Below, piece after piece: positions 1 to 12,382 of a stretch of DNA of 64,000 nucleotides. Origin of the DNA: Bugula neritina (lineage: Eukaryota; Animalia; Bryozoa). Position 1 is the stretch's first letter; each line of letters opens with the position of its first letter. Both the position numbers and the translations under genes were made by a program. The stretch lies in contig OZ037767.1 in assembly GCA_964035545.1 (NCBI GenBank), forward strand, positions 4,480,707 through 4,544,706. The letters run 5' to 3'. The notes below the pieces were generated by a model, which saw only the letters and a program-made list of their open reading frames with translations, did no database searches and was not told the origin of the DNA.

Positions 1-1284
1 GTCATGATGGTTCTTCATAGCGAGCAGTTCATAGCAATCATCTTCATGTATAGTTTTTACGATATATTTCAGAGATTCAGTATTACCTGAGGAAGCTATG
101 GAATGTATAGCTGTATAACCTTTGCTATTCGGTATTTTAAGTAACTCTAATAACCTATCTTTTGGTATACATTCTAATATTTCTAGACGACAGCTACGTG
201 TGGCAGAGAGTAGAGCTGTATTACCATCCTTGTTCTCAATCTTGAGCAATTCAAGTAACTGTTGGGAGGAGATTTTTAAAGCTATCACCTGTTTCAGTAT
301 TTCTGTTTGACCTTTGAATGCTGCTAAGTTCACAGCTGTGTTGTCATGATGGTTCTTCATAGCGAGCAGTTCATAGCAATCATCTTCATGTATAGTTTCT
401 ACGATATATTTCAGAGATTCAGTATTACCTGAGGAAGCTATGGAATGTATAGCTGTATAACCTTTGCTATTCGGTATTTTAAGTAACTCTAATAACCTAT
501 CTTTTGGTATACATTCTAATATTTCTGGACAACAGCTACGTGTGGCAGAGAGAAGAGCTGTTTTACCATTCTTGTTCTCAATCTTGAGCAATTCAAGTAA
601 CTGTTGGGAGGAGATTTTTAAAGCTATCACCTGTTTCAGTATTTCTGTTTGACCTTTGAACGCTGCTAAGTTCACAGCTGTGTTGTCATGATGGTTCTTC
701 ATAGCGAGCAGTTTATAGCAATCATCTTCATGTATAGTTTCTACGATATATTTCAGAGATTCAGTATCACCTGAGGAAGCTATGGAATGTATAGCTGTAT
801 AGCCTTTACTATTCTGCATGGCAAGTAACTTGAATAACTCATGTGCTTGTAAACTCTTTAAGATATGTTTTGTTATTTCTGTACGGCATTTATATGCCGC
901 ACAATGTAGGACTGTATTACCTTCTACATTTTCAGTGCTAAGCAATTCCAGTTTGTTTACTGCTGGTACTGCATCTACTATCTGTTTTAGTATGTCTGCT
1001 TGATTGTTGTATGCTGCAAAATGTACAGGTGTTTCAGTTTTTTCATTTTGTATAGTGAGCAAACAATATAAGTGATCATGGTCTGTTACCGAGTCTATCA
1101 CATGCTTCACTATTTCAGTGTAGCCCTTCCGTACAGCTTTGTGTAAAATTGTCCAGCCATTGTAATCTTTCTCACTCAGCACGCTGAACAGATCTGTGTC
1201 TGGAATTGCAGCTAGTGTCTCCTTGAACCACTTTGGGTTCTGGCAAAGTATCCTTAATTCTTTGTATAACTGACGAGTTGACAT
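1..1284 (-). CDS. Ankyrin-repeat protein, array copy 1 (3' end runs off the window)
   Basis: ATG at 1284 (MSTRQLYKELRILCQNP...) is homologous to the other copies. G-x-T-A-[IL]-H ankyrin motifs; internal 342-bp repeat (e.g. 122 vs 464). Confidence 0.85.
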   Translation of the reverse strand, partial: MSTRQLYKELRILCQNPKWFKETLAAIPDTDLFSVLSEKDYNGWTILHKAVRKGYTEIVKHVIDSVTDHDHLYCLLTIQNEKTETPVHFAAYNNQADILKQIVDAVPAVNKLELLSTENVEGNTVLHCAAYKCRTEITKHILKSLQAHELFKLLAMQNSKGYTAIHSIASSGDTESLKYIVETIHEDDCYKLLAMKNHHDNTAVNLAAFKGQTEILKQVIALKISSQQLLELLKIENKNGKTALLSATRSCCPEILECIPKDRLLELLKIPNSKGYTAIHSIASSGNTESLKYIVETIHEDDCYELLAMKNHHDNTAVNLAAFKGQTEILKQVIALKISSQQLLELLKIENKDGNTALLSATRSCRLEILECIPKDRLLELLKIPNSKGYTAIHSIASSGNTESLKYIVKTIHEDDCYELLAMKNHHD

Positions 1285-2822
1285 TTCCGATTTTAAAAAT
1301 TCAATACTCTGTCCTGATGTACCGATGGAAACATGGCCAGTTTCTCTCAAAAATGTTTTAACTTACTTGAAAGCTTCAGTGAATGCTAACTTCTTTATTT
1401 TTCCCATTTTTATGACTCTAGGAATGTGTGTCTCACAAGAAAAATTAGCTAAATACTTGGCAGTGTTTGTGCAAATGCAGTCTATTTTGTGTATAGGAGT
1501 TAAGAAGGTAACAATGGTTGCCTGGCTACAAAATAAAATCAATGGAACCATTTGTTGTTATTTTTTAAGCACCTATACAAAACATTGTTTGATATTGTTG
1601 TTATATATAATGCTGAATGGTGAAAGCCAGTAAGCATGGCTTGTAAGATAATACTTTCATTATGTAATATGTAATAACAATCAGCTATAGCGGATAAAAT
1701 CAATTTTTCTTTTTCAGATATTTCTATTGATCTTAATTTAGCGTTTAAAATGCTCAAGATGTGCTTTGTATGTACATTGTCAGGTAATTTGGACAATATT
1801 TTTCCATGATATTGTAAACTTGAGCTGTAATATCTTGCACTGGTTTTAACATATATTTGTACATATGACTTGACGTCATATTTTTGCTAAATATTTTGTT
1901 GCTTATTCAACAATTTTAGTATGCTTACTCTATTATGTATATTTGTACATATCTTTCCAATATTTGCTGTATAATCAATGCAATTGTTTTTGTTTTAAGA
2001 GATTAAAATAAAGCTGAAGGTTCATATGTTTTGCAGTAAAAAGAGTTAACATTAGCAACAAACTAGTGGGTTTAATCAAGGGGAAGTTAAATAATATTAT
2101 CATCTATAAAGAAATATACATCAATAATAATTTATACATCATAATTTTAGATGAAAGAATTTTAACAATTAGTAGTATTTGTACTTGCAATAGAACCTTA
2201 AAAATCAGGCACTGAAATATTTTTGTGTAATGGTGCTTTTATGAAAAACTAAATAACAATAATTGCATCAGTGCTAGCTCATCATAATCTTTTGGAGGAA
2301 AAAAACAATGAATTGTGTCTCAAAATTATTGATAAATACAATGTGTTCATTCGCTATTCAAATACAGTTTACAGAAGAAAAAAATACAACTTTAGGATAT
2401 ACATATGTGAATATAAAATAAAGATGCATAGCACTAAAAAGTGCATATGTTTACCCCATTTTAAATCATTGTATCACCAACACTTTGATTGCAAAAATAG
2501 TTATAATGAAGAGTAATTAAATCTAAGAGAAGAAACTCCTTGCACTACAAAAACACATAGTTTAGAATCTAGTTCTCAGTTAGCAGAAATATTTTCAATC
2601 AAAGTCAATGAATCTGATTCCGTAGAGGCAAAATGGTGAAAAATTAGTTCAAATCTAAAGCTACTAAAAAAATGAAATTATTTTAATTCAACTGCAGATC
2701 TGAAATCGAAAATAGGTGTTGAGATTTTCCAAATTGCAGCGTAAAAATGTTTATATAACAGCCAATGGATTAACAACAGTGTCTAATTTGTATGCAGATT
2801 TACGATAAACGCAGCATTATAT

Positions 2823-5240
2823 TCATGATAATTGATCACGGAGTGCTGCCAGCAGCGTTTTGTAAGCTATGTCCAGTAGCTGACGGTACTGTGCAGGAGA
2901 CAGTCTCCAACACATAGAAGCAAGTGTCTTTGTATAACCACCATGAGTTAACAGATGAGCAGCTGTGTCACCTTCTTTATCCTGAATTGAGAGAATGTCT
3001 ATTAGGTCAGCGACAGCGAGCTTGTTGGTCATAGCTTTCAATGTCTCCCCATAACCGCTATCTGCTGCATAGTGTAGAGGAGTTTTACCATCTCTATTCT
3101 GCAAACGGAGTTGTCTGACCAAGTCTGGTGTTAAGACGGAGTTTACTATGTATTCTACTGTTTCTGTGTGACCTCTGTCTGCTGCACAGTGTAGAGCTGT
3201 GTTACTGTTTATATTCTGCAGTTGAAGGAGCTCAAGTGTTTCAGGTACAGATAAAACAGATAGCATACGTTGGATTATTTGTGTATAGCCTTTGTAAGCT
3301 GAATTGTGGACAGCAGTACTACCAGATTTATCTTGTATGCTGATCAAGCTGAATCGGTCCAGTGCTGGTACACAGTCTAATATGCAGTTCAGTATTTCTA
3401 AACGGTTGTTTTCTGCTGCATTGTGTATGATTGTTTGACCTTCTTGGTCAGCAATTTTGAATAATTTGCTTGCTTCTTCTGGGGATATCTTGTTTATTAT
3501 ACACTTCAGAAACTCTGTATGACCTTTATGTACAGCAATATGTATAGCTGTGTTGCCATGATGGTCCTCCATAGCAATCAGTTTATGAAAATCATCAGCA
3601 GATATAGAATCTATGATATGCCTCAGAGATTCAATATTACCTGAAGAAGCTGTGCTATGCATAGCTGTATAACCTTTACTATTCTGCATGGCAAGTAACT
3701 GGAGTAGCCCATCCTTGTTCTCGATGTTGAATAATTCAAGTAATTTTGCGGTCGTTACTAAATCTATTACCTGTTTCAGTATTTCTGTTTGGCCTTTGGA
3801 TGCTGCTAAGTTCACAGCTGTGTCACCATGATGGTCTTTCATAGCGAGCAGTTTATAGCAATCATTTGCAGATATAGAATCTACGATATGCCTCAGAGAT
3901 TCAACATTACCTGAAGAAGCTATGCTATGCATAACTGTATAACCTTTACTATTCTGCATGGCAAGTAACTTGAGTAACTCATCTGATGGTACAATGTCCA
4001 CTATACATTGTAATATTTCTGAATGGCCTCGATTTACGGCACTGAGTAGAGCTGTATTACCAGCCTCATTCTCAATGTTGAGCAATTCAAGCAATGCTTC
4101 GGTTTTTACTAACTCTATTACCTGTTTCAGTATTTCTGTTTCACCATTGAACGCTGCTAAGTTCACAGCTGTGTCACCATGATGGTCTTTCATAGCAAGC
4201 AGTTTATAAAAATCATCTGCAGATACAGAATCTATGATATGTCTCAGAGATTCAGTATTACCTAAAGAAGCTATGTCATGCATAGCTGTATAACCTTTAC
4301 CATTCTGCATGGCAAGTAACTTGAGTAACTTATCTGCGGGTACAATGTCTACTATACATTTTAATATTTCTGAATGGCCTTTATATGTGGCACAGAGTAG
4401 AACTGTATTACCATCTATGTTCTCAATGTTGAGCAATTCAAGCAATTCCTCGGTGGTTACTAAACCAATTACCTGTTTCAGTATTTCTGTTTGGCCATTG
4501 AATGCTGCCAAGTTCACAACTGTACCGCCACGATGGTCCTTCATAGCGAGCAGTTTATAGCAATCATCTGCAGATATAGAATCTACGATGTGCTTCAGAG
4601 ATTCAGTATTACCTGAAGAGGCTATGCTGTGTATAGCTGTAAAACCATACTCATTCTGCATGGCAAGTAACTTGAGTAACTCATGTGATGGTACACTGTC
4701 CACTATACATTTTATTGTTTCTGGATGACCTTTATGTGTGGCACAATGTATAACTGTATTACCAACTTCATTCTTGATGCTGAATATTGTGTTTAATACA
4801 TCAGCTAAGAAATAGTCTTTTATACATTCAACTATCCCTGTATGACCGTGGTATGCCGCACAATGTATTGCTGTATTACCTTTCCCATTCTTCGTGTTAA
4901 GCAATTTCAGTGAGTCTTCTGCTGGTACTGCATCTATTATCTGTTTTAATATTTCTGTGTGATTGTTGTATGCTGCATAATGTACTGCTGTTTCATCATT
5001 CTTATTTTGTATAGTAAGCAGACGATATAAGTCATGATCTGTTACCAAGTCTAGCACATGCTTCACTATTTCAGGAAAACCATTCTGTAAAGCTTTGTGT
5101 AAAAATGTCCAGCCATTGTAATCTCTCTCACTCAGCACACTAAACAGATCTGTGTATGGAAGTGAAGCTAGTTTCTCATTGAACCGCTCTGGGTTTTGGC
5201 AAAGTTTCCTTAGATCTTCGTATAACTGATGAGTTGACAT
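2823..5240 (-). CDS. Ankyrin-repeat protein, array copy 2 (805 aa, single-exon CDS)
   Basis: Uninterrupted ORF with about 20 ankyrin repeats of 39-aa period. Start set at the conserved MSTHQLYED ATG rather than the non-ATG start in the ORF track. Confidence 0.9.
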   Translation of the reverse strand: MSTHQLYEDLRKLCQNPERFNEKLASLPYTDLFSVLSERDYNGWTFLHKALQNGFPEIVKHVLDLVTDHDLYRLLTIQNKNDETAVHYAAYNNHTEILKQIIDAVPAEDSLKLLNTKNGKGNTAIHCAAYHGHTGIVECIKDYFLADVLNTIFSIKNEVGNTVIHCATHKGHPETIKCIVDSVPSHELLKLLAMQNEYGFTAIHSIASSGNTESLKHIVDSISADDCYKLLAMKDHRGGTVVNLAAFNGQTEILKQVIGLVTTEELLELLNIENIDGNTVLLCATYKGHSEILKCIVDIVPADKLLKLLAMQNGKGYTAMHDIASLGNTESLRHIIDSVSADDFYKLLAMKDHHGDTAVNLAAFNGETEILKQVIELVKTEALLELLNIENEAGNTALLSAVNRGHSEILQCIVDIVPSDELLKLLAMQNSKGYTVMHSIASSGNVESLRHIVDSISANDCYKLLAMKDHHGDTAVNLAASKGQTEILKQVIDLVTTAKLLELFNIENKDGLLQLLAMQNSKGYTAMHSTASSGNIESLRHIIDSISADDFHKLIAMEDHHGNTAIHIAVHKGHTEFLKCIINKISPEEASKLFKIADQEGQTIIHNAAENNRLEILNCILDCVPALDRFSLISIQDKSGSTAVHNSAYKGYTQIIQRMLSVLSVPETLELLQLQNINSNTALHCAADRGHTETVEYIVNSVLTPDLVRQLRLQNRDGKTPLHYAADSGYGETLKAMTNKLAVADLIDILSIQDKEGDTAAHLLTHGGYTKTLASMCWRLSPAQYRQLLDIAYKTLLAALRDQLS

Positions 5241-6857
5241 TTTTAATTTTGAAAAAAAGTACTCTATACAGGTCAAAGTTTAAGTACTTATGTAGCGATG
5301 GAAGCAAGGACAGTTTTTGTTGAAAATGTTTTAACTTACTTGAAGGCTTTGGTGAATGCTAACTTCTTTCTTTTTCTCATTTTTCTGACTCTAGGAATGT
5401 GTACCTCACAATAACATTTAGGTAAATACTTGGCAGGGTTTGTACAAATGCAGCTAATTTTGTTTATAGGAGTTAAGAGAGTAACAATGGTTGTCTGGCT
5501 ACAAAATAAAATCAATGAATTTATAACTGTTGCTACTTTCCAAGCACTTATAAGAAACATAAGTTGATGATTGTTATTATATATCATGGTTAATGGTGAA
5601 GAAATCCAATAGTGGTTTGCAAGATAATACTTTTATTATTGAACATTATATAATAACAATCATCTTGTAGTGATAAAATCAATATTTCTTTTTCAGATAT
5701 TTCTATTGATCTTAATTTAGCATTTATAATTACGCTCAAGATGTGCTTTATATGTACATTGTCAGGTAATATGGACAATATAATGTTTCCATAAGATGTG
5801 CTTTATATGTACATTGTCAGGTAATATATGGACAGTATATATTTCTATGATATAAACTTGAGCTGTAATATATTTTACTGGTATTTGTACATATGACTTT
5901 TATGTCATATTTTTGCTAAATATTTAGTTGCTTATCCAATATGCTTACTCTATTATGTATATTTATGTATATCTTTCCGATATTTGCTGTATAATCAATG
6001 CAATTGTTATTTGTTTCAAGAGATTCAAATAAAGTTGAAGGTTTGTAAGTTTTGCAGTAAAAGGAATGAAAATTAGAAACAAACTAGTGGGTTTAATCAA
6101 GGGAAGGTTAAATAGTTTTATCATCTGTAAAGAAAATACATCGATAATAATTTATACATCATAATTTTAGATGAAAAATTTTTAACAATTAGTAGTATTT
6201 GCACTTGCAATAAAACCTTAAAAATCAAACAGTGAAATATTTTTGTGTAATGGTGCTTTTATAAAAAATTAAATAACAATAATTGCATCAGTGCTAGCTC
6301 GTCATAATCTTTTGGAAAAAAACAACAATAACTTGTGTCTCTAAATTATTGATAAATATACAATGTGTTCATTCGCTATTCAAATACAGTTTACAGAAGC
6401 AAAAAATACGACTTTAGGACATACATATGTGAATATAAAATAATGATGCATAGCACTAAAAAGTGCATATGTTTACCCCATTTTAAATCATTGTATCACC
6501 AACACTTAGATTGCAAAAATAGTTATAATGAAGAGTAATTAAATCTAAGAAAAGAAACTCCTTGCACTACAAAAACACATAGTTTAGAATCTAGTTCTCA
6601 GTTAGCAGAAATAATTTCAATCAAAGTCAATGAGTTCGATTCCGTAAAGGGCAAAAAGCTGAAAAATTTGTTCAAATTTACTGTTATTAAGAAATTAAAT
6701 TATTTTAATTCAACTGCAGATCTGAAACCAAAAATGGGTGCTGAGATTTTCCAAATTGCAGCGTAAAATTGTTTATATAACAGCCAATGGATTAACAACA
6801 GTGTCTAATTTGTATGCCGACTTACAATAAACGCTGCATTATCTCCATGATGATTAA

Positions 6858-9257
6858 TTACGGAGTGCTGCCAGCAGCGTTCTGTAAGTCCAGCAGCTGA
6901 TGGTACTGTGCAGGAGACAGTCTCCGACACATAGAAGTAAGTGTCTCTGTATAACCACCACGTGTTAACAGATGAGCAGCTGTGTCACCTTCTTTATCCT
7001 GAATTGAGAGAATGTCTATTAGGTCAGCGACAGCAAGCTCATCAGTCATTGCTTTCAATGTCTCCCCATAACCGCTATCTGCTGCATAGTGTAAAGGAGT
7101 TTTACCATCTCTATTTTGCAAACGGAGTTGTCTGACCAAGTCTGATGTTGAGACGGAGTTTTCTATGTAATCTACTGTCTCTGTATGACCTCTGTCTGCT
7201 GCACAGTGTAGAGCCGTGTTGCTGTTTATATTCTGCAGTTGAAGGAGCTCAAGTGTTTCAGGTACAGATAAAGTAGATAGCATACGTTGGATTATTTGAG
7301 TATAGCCTTTGTAAGCTGAATTGTGGAGAGCAGTACTACCAGATTTATCTTGTATGCTGATCAAGCTGAATCGGTCAGGTGCTGGTACACAGTCTAATAT
7401 GCAGTTCAATATTTCTAAATGGTTGTTTTCTGCTGCATTGTGTATGATTGTTTGACCTTCTTGGTCAGCTATGCTGAATACTTTGTTTGCGGCATTTGGG
7501 GATATCTTCTTTATTATACACTTCAGAAATTCTGTATGACCTTTATGTACAGCAATATGCATAGCTGTGTTGCCATGATGGTCCTCCATAGCAATCAGTT
7601 TATGAAAATCATCAGCAGATATAGAATCTACGATATGCCTCAGAGATTCAATATTACCTGAAGAAGCTGTGCTATGCATAGCTGTATAACCTTTACTATT
7701 CTGCATGGCAAGTAACTGGAGTAGCCCATCCTTGTTCTCGATGTTGAATAATTCAAGCAATGCTTCGGTTTTTACTAAATCTATTACCTGTTTCAGTATT
7801 TCTGTTTGGCCTTTGAATGCTGCTAAGTTCACAGCTGTGTTACCATGATGGTCCTTCATAGCAAGCAGTTTATAGCAATCAGCTGCAGATATAGCATCTA
7901 CGATATGTCTCAGAGATTCAGTATTACCTAAAGAAGCTATGTCATGCATAGCTGTATAGCCTTTACTATTCTGCATGGCAAGTAACTTGAGTAACCCATC
8001 TGCTGGTACAATGTCTACTATACATTCTACTATTTCTGGATGACCTTGATATACGGCACAGAGTAGAACTGTATTACCATCCTTGTTCTCAATGCTAAGC
8101 AATTCAAGCAATGCTTCGGTCTTTACTAAATCTATTGCTTGTTTCAGTATTTCTGTTTGACCATTGAATGCTGCCAAGTTCACAGCTGTGTCACCATGAA
8201 GGTCCTTTATAGCAAGCAGTTTATAGCAATCATCTGCAGATATAGAATCTACGATATGCCTCAGAGATTCAATATTACCTAAAGAAGCTATGTCATGCAT
8301 AGCTGTATAGCCTTTACTATTCTGCTTGACAAGTAACTTGAGTAACTCATCTGATGGTACAGTGTCTACTATACATTTTATTATTTCCGGATGACATTTA
8401 CGTGTGGCACAGAGTAGGACTGTATTACCAAAATTATTCGCAATGTTGAGCAGTTCAAGTAATTCCGTGGTGGTTACCAAATCTATTACCTGTTTCAGTA
8501 TTTCTGTTTGGCCATTGCATGCTGCCAAGTTCACAACTGTACCGCCCTGATGGTCCTTCATAGCAATCAGTTTATAGCAATCATCTGCAGATATAGAATC
8601 TACGATGTGCTTCAGAGATTCAGTATTACCTGAAGAGGCTATGCTGTGTATAGCTGTAAAACCATACTCATTCTGCATGGCAAGTAACTTGAGTAACTCA
8701 TGTGATGGTACACTGTCCACTATACATTTTATTGTTTCTGGATGACCTTTATGTGTGGCACAATGTATAACTGTATTACCAACTTCATTCTTGATGCTGA
8801 ATATTGTGTTTAATACATCAGCTGAGAAATAGTCTTTTATACATTTCACCACTCCTGTATAACCGTTGTATGCCGCACAATGTATTGCTGTATTACCTTT
8901 CCCATTCCTGGTGCTAAGCAATTTCAGTGAGTCTTCTGCTGGTACTGCATCTATTATCTGTTTTAGTATGTCTGCTTGATTGTTGTATGCTGCATAATGC
9001 ACAACTGTTGCGGCTTTCTCATTTTGTATAGTGAGCAGACGATATAAGTCATGATCTGTTACCAAGTCTATCACATGCTTCACTATTTCAGGAAAGCCGT
9101 TCTGTAAAGCTTTGTGTAAAAATGTCCAGCCATTGTAATCTCTCTCACTCAGCACACTAAACAGATCTGTGTATGGAAGTGAAGCTAGTTTCTCATTGAA
9201 CCGCTCTGGGTTTTGACAAAGTTTCCTTAGATCTTCGTATAACTGATGAGTTGACAT
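6858..9257 (-). CDS. Ankyrin-repeat protein, array copy 3 (799 aa)
   Basis: Uninterrupted ORF, paralog of copy 2, conserved ATG at 9257. Confidence 0.9.
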   Translation of the reverse strand: MSTHQLYEDLRKLCQNPERFNEKLASLPYTDLFSVLSERDYNGWTFLHKALQNGFPEIVKHVIDLVTDHDLYRLLTIQNEKAATVVHYAAYNNQADILKQIIDAVPAEDSLKLLSTRNGKGNTAIHCAAYNGYTGVVKCIKDYFSADVLNTIFSIKNEVGNTVIHCATHKGHPETIKCIVDSVPSHELLKLLAMQNEYGFTAIHSIASSGNTESLKHIVDSISADDCYKLIAMKDHQGGTVVNLAACNGQTEILKQVIDLVTTTELLELLNIANNFGNTVLLCATRKCHPEIIKCIVDTVPSDELLKLLVKQNSKGYTAMHDIASLGNIESLRHIVDSISADDCYKLLAIKDLHGDTAVNLAAFNGQTEILKQAIDLVKTEALLELLSIENKDGNTVLLCAVYQGHPEIVECIVDIVPADGLLKLLAMQNSKGYTAMHDIASLGNTESLRHIVDAISAADCYKLLAMKDHHGNTAVNLAAFKGQTEILKQVIDLVKTEALLELFNIENKDGLLQLLAMQNSKGYTAMHSTASSGNIESLRHIVDSISADDFHKLIAMEDHHGNTAMHIAVHKGHTEFLKCIIKKISPNAANKVFSIADQEGQTIIHNAAENNHLEILNCILDCVPAPDRFSLISIQDKSGSTALHNSAYKGYTQIIQRMLSTLSVPETLELLQLQNINSNTALHCAADRGHTETVDYIENSVSTSDLVRQLRLQNRDGKTPLHYAADSGYGETLKAMTDELAVADLIDILSIQDKEGDTAAHLLTRGGYTETLTSMCRRLSPAQYHQLLDLQNAAGSTP

Positions 9258-10801
9258 TTTTAATTTTGAAAAAAAGTACTCTATACAGGTCAAAGTTTAA
9301 GTACTGATGTAGCGATGGAAGCAAGGACAGTTTTTGTTGAAAATGTTTTAACTTACTTGAAAGCTTTGGTGAATGCTAACTTTTTTCTTTTTCTCATTTT
9401 TCTGACTCTAGGAATGTGTACCTCACAATAACATTTAGGTAAATATTTGGTGCAAATGCAGCCTGTTTTGTGTATAGGAGCTATGAGAGTAACAATGGTT
9501 GTCTGGCTACAAAATAAAATCAATGGATTTATAATTGTTGCTACTTTCTAAGCAACTATAAGAAACATAGGTTGATGATTATTATATATCATGGTTAATG
9601 GTGAAGAAATCCAATAGTGGTTTGCAAGATAATACTTCTGTTATTGAACATTATATAATAACAATCATCTTGTAGTGATAAAATCAATCTTTCTTTTCAG
9701 ATATTTCTATTGATCTTAATTTAGCATTTATAATTATGCTCAAGATGTGCTTTGTATGTACATTGTCAGCTAATTTGGACAATATAATGTTTCCATGATA
9801 TTGTAAACTTGAGCTGTGTAATATTTTGCACTGGTCTTAACATATATTTGTACATATGACTTTATGCCGTATTTTTGCTAAATATTTTGTTGCTTATTCA
9901 ACAATTTTAGTATGTTTACTCTATTCTTTATATTTGTGCATATCTTTCCAATATTTGCTGTATAATCAATACAATTGTTTTTGTTTTAAGAGATTAAAAT
10001 AAAGCTGAAGGTTTGTAAGTTTTGCAGTAAAAAGAATGAAAATTAGCAACAAACTAGTGGGTTTAATCAAAGGGAGGTTAAATAGTTTTATCATCTGTAA
10101 AGAAATAAACATCAATATAAATTTATACATCATAATTTTAGATGCAAAACTGCAACAACTAGTATTTGCACAAGTTTGCAATAAAACATTAAAAATCAAA
10201 CAATGAAATATTTTTGTGTAATGGTGCTTTTATAAAAATTAAATAACAATAATTGCATCAGTGCTAGCTCATCATAATCTTTTGGAGAAAAAAGCAATAA
10301 ATTGTGTCTCTAAATTATTGATAAATACAATGTGTTCATTCGCTATTCAAATACAGTTTACAGAAGCAAAAATACGACTTTAGGACATACATATGTGAAT
10401 ATAAAATAATGATATGTAGCACTAAAAAGTGCATATGTTTATCCCATTTTAAATCATTGTATCACTGATACTTAAAATTTATGATTTTGGTTGCAAAAAT
10501 AGTTATAATGAAGAGTAATTAAATCTAAGAGAAGAAACTCCTTGCACTACAACAACACATAATTTAAAATCTAGTTCTCAGTTAGCAGAAATAATTTCAA
10601 TCAAAGTTAATGAGTTCAATTTCGTAAAGGACAGAAAGCTGAAAAATTTGTTCAAATTTACTGTTATTAAGAAATTAAATTATTTTAATTCAACTGCAAA
10701 TCTGAAACCAAAAATGGGTGCTGAGATTTTCCAAATTGCAGCTTAAAATTGTTTATATAACAGGCAATGGATTAACAACAGTGTCTAGTTTGTATGCAGA
10801 T

Positions 10802-12382
10802 TTACAATAAACGCTGCATTATCTTCATGCTGATTGAACACGGAGTGCTGCCAGTAGCATTCTGTATGTGCAGCAGCTGACGGCACTGTGCAGAAGACAG
10901 TCTCTGACACATAGAATCAAGTGTCTTTGTATAACCACGTAATAGCAGATGAGCAGCTGTGTCACCTTCTTTATCCTGAATTGAGAGAATGTCTATTAGG
11001 TCATGTGCTGGTACACAGTCTAATATGCAGTTCAATATTTCTAAACGGTTGTTCTCCGCTGCATTGTGTATGATTGTTTTATCCTCTTTATCAGTAATTT
11101 TGAATAATTCGCTTGCTTCTTCTGGAGATATTTTGCTTATTATACACTTCAGAAATTCTGTATGACCTTTGTGTACAGCAATATGTATAGCTGTGCTACC
11201 AAATTTGTTCTCTTTAGCGAGCAATTTATATAAATGATCTTTAGATATAGAATCTACGATATGTTTCAAAAATTCAGTATTACCTGAAGAAGCTATATCA
11301 TGCATAGCTGTATAACCTTTACCATTCTGCATTGCAAGTAACTTGAACAACTCATCTTTTCCTACAATTTTTGCTATACATTTTAATATTTCTGGACAAC
11401 AGCTACGTGTGGCAGAGAGTAGAGCTGTATTACCATCCTTGTTCTCAATGTTGAGCAATTCAAGTAACTGATGGGGAGAGATTTCTAAAGCTATCACCTG
11501 TTTCAGTATTTCTGTTTGACCTTGCAACGCTGCTAAGTTCACAGCTGTGTTGCCATGATGGTTCTTCATAGCGATCAGTTTATAGCAATCATCTGCAGAT
11601 ATAGAATCTGCGATATGTTTTAGAGATTCAGTTTTACCTGAAAAAGCTATACTATGCATAGCTGTAAAACCTTTGCTATTCTGCATAGCAAGCAGTTTAT
11701 AGCAATCATCTGCAGATATAGAATCTACGACATGTTTTAGAGATTCAGTATCACCTGCAGAAGCTATATTGTGCATAGCTGTATAACCTGTACTATTCTG
11801 CATGGCAAGTAACTTGAGGAACTTATCTGCCGGTACACTGTCTACTATACATTTTATTATTTCTGGATGACCTATATGGGTGGCACAGAGTAGAACTGTA
11901 TTACCAGCTTCATTCTTGATGCTGAATATTGTATTCAATTCCTCAGCTGAGAAATGGTCTTTTAGACATCTCACTATCCCTGCATAACCATAGTTCGCTG
12001 CACAATGTAATGCTGTGTTACCTTTCCTATTCGTAGTGCTAAGCAAGTTCAAGGAGTCCACTGCTGGTAATGCATCTACTATTTGTTTTAGTGTTTCTAT
12101 GTGATTGTTGTATGCTGTATAATGTACAGCTGTTTCAGCCCCTTTATTTTGTATAGTAAGCAGATGATATAATTCAGTTGCAGTTACCAAGTCTATCACA
12201 TGCTTCACTATTTCAGTATAGCCATTCCGCGCAGCAGTGTGTAAAATTGTCCAGCCATTGTGATCTTTCTCACTCAGCACACTAAACCGACCTGTGTTTG
12301 GAAGTGCAGCTAGTTTCTCATTGAATCGATCTGGGTTCTGACAAAATTTCCTTAGATCTTCGTACGTCTGGTAAGTTGACAT
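10802..12382 (-). CDS. Ankyrin-repeat protein, array copy 4 (526 aa, internally deleted variant)
   Basis: Uninterrupted ORF that lacks several C-terminal repeats (in-frame junction CVPAHDLIDILSIQ). Confidence 0.9.
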   Translation of the reverse strand: MSTYQTYEDLRKFCQNPDRFNEKLAALPNTGRFSVLSEKDHNGWTILHTAARNGYTEIVKHVIDLVTATELYHLLTIQNKGAETAVHYTAYNNHIETLKQIVDALPAVDSLNLLSTTNRKGNTALHCAANYGYAGIVRCLKDHFSAEELNTIFSIKNEAGNTVLLCATHIGHPEIIKCIVDSVPADKFLKLLAMQNSTGYTAMHNIASAGDTESLKHVVDSISADDCYKLLAMQNSKGFTAMHSIAFSGKTESLKHIADSISADDCYKLIAMKNHHGNTAVNLAALQGQTEILKQVIALEISPHQLLELLNIENKDGNTALLSATRSCCPEILKCIAKIVGKDELFKLLAMQNGKGYTAMHDIASSGNTEFLKHIVDSISKDHLYKLLAKENKFGSTAIHIAVHKGHTEFLKCIISKISPEEASELFKITDKEDKTIIHNAAENNRLEILNCILDCVPAHDLIDILSIQDKEGDTAAHLLLRGYTKTLDSMCQRLSSAQCRQLLHIQNATGSTPCSISMKIMQRLL

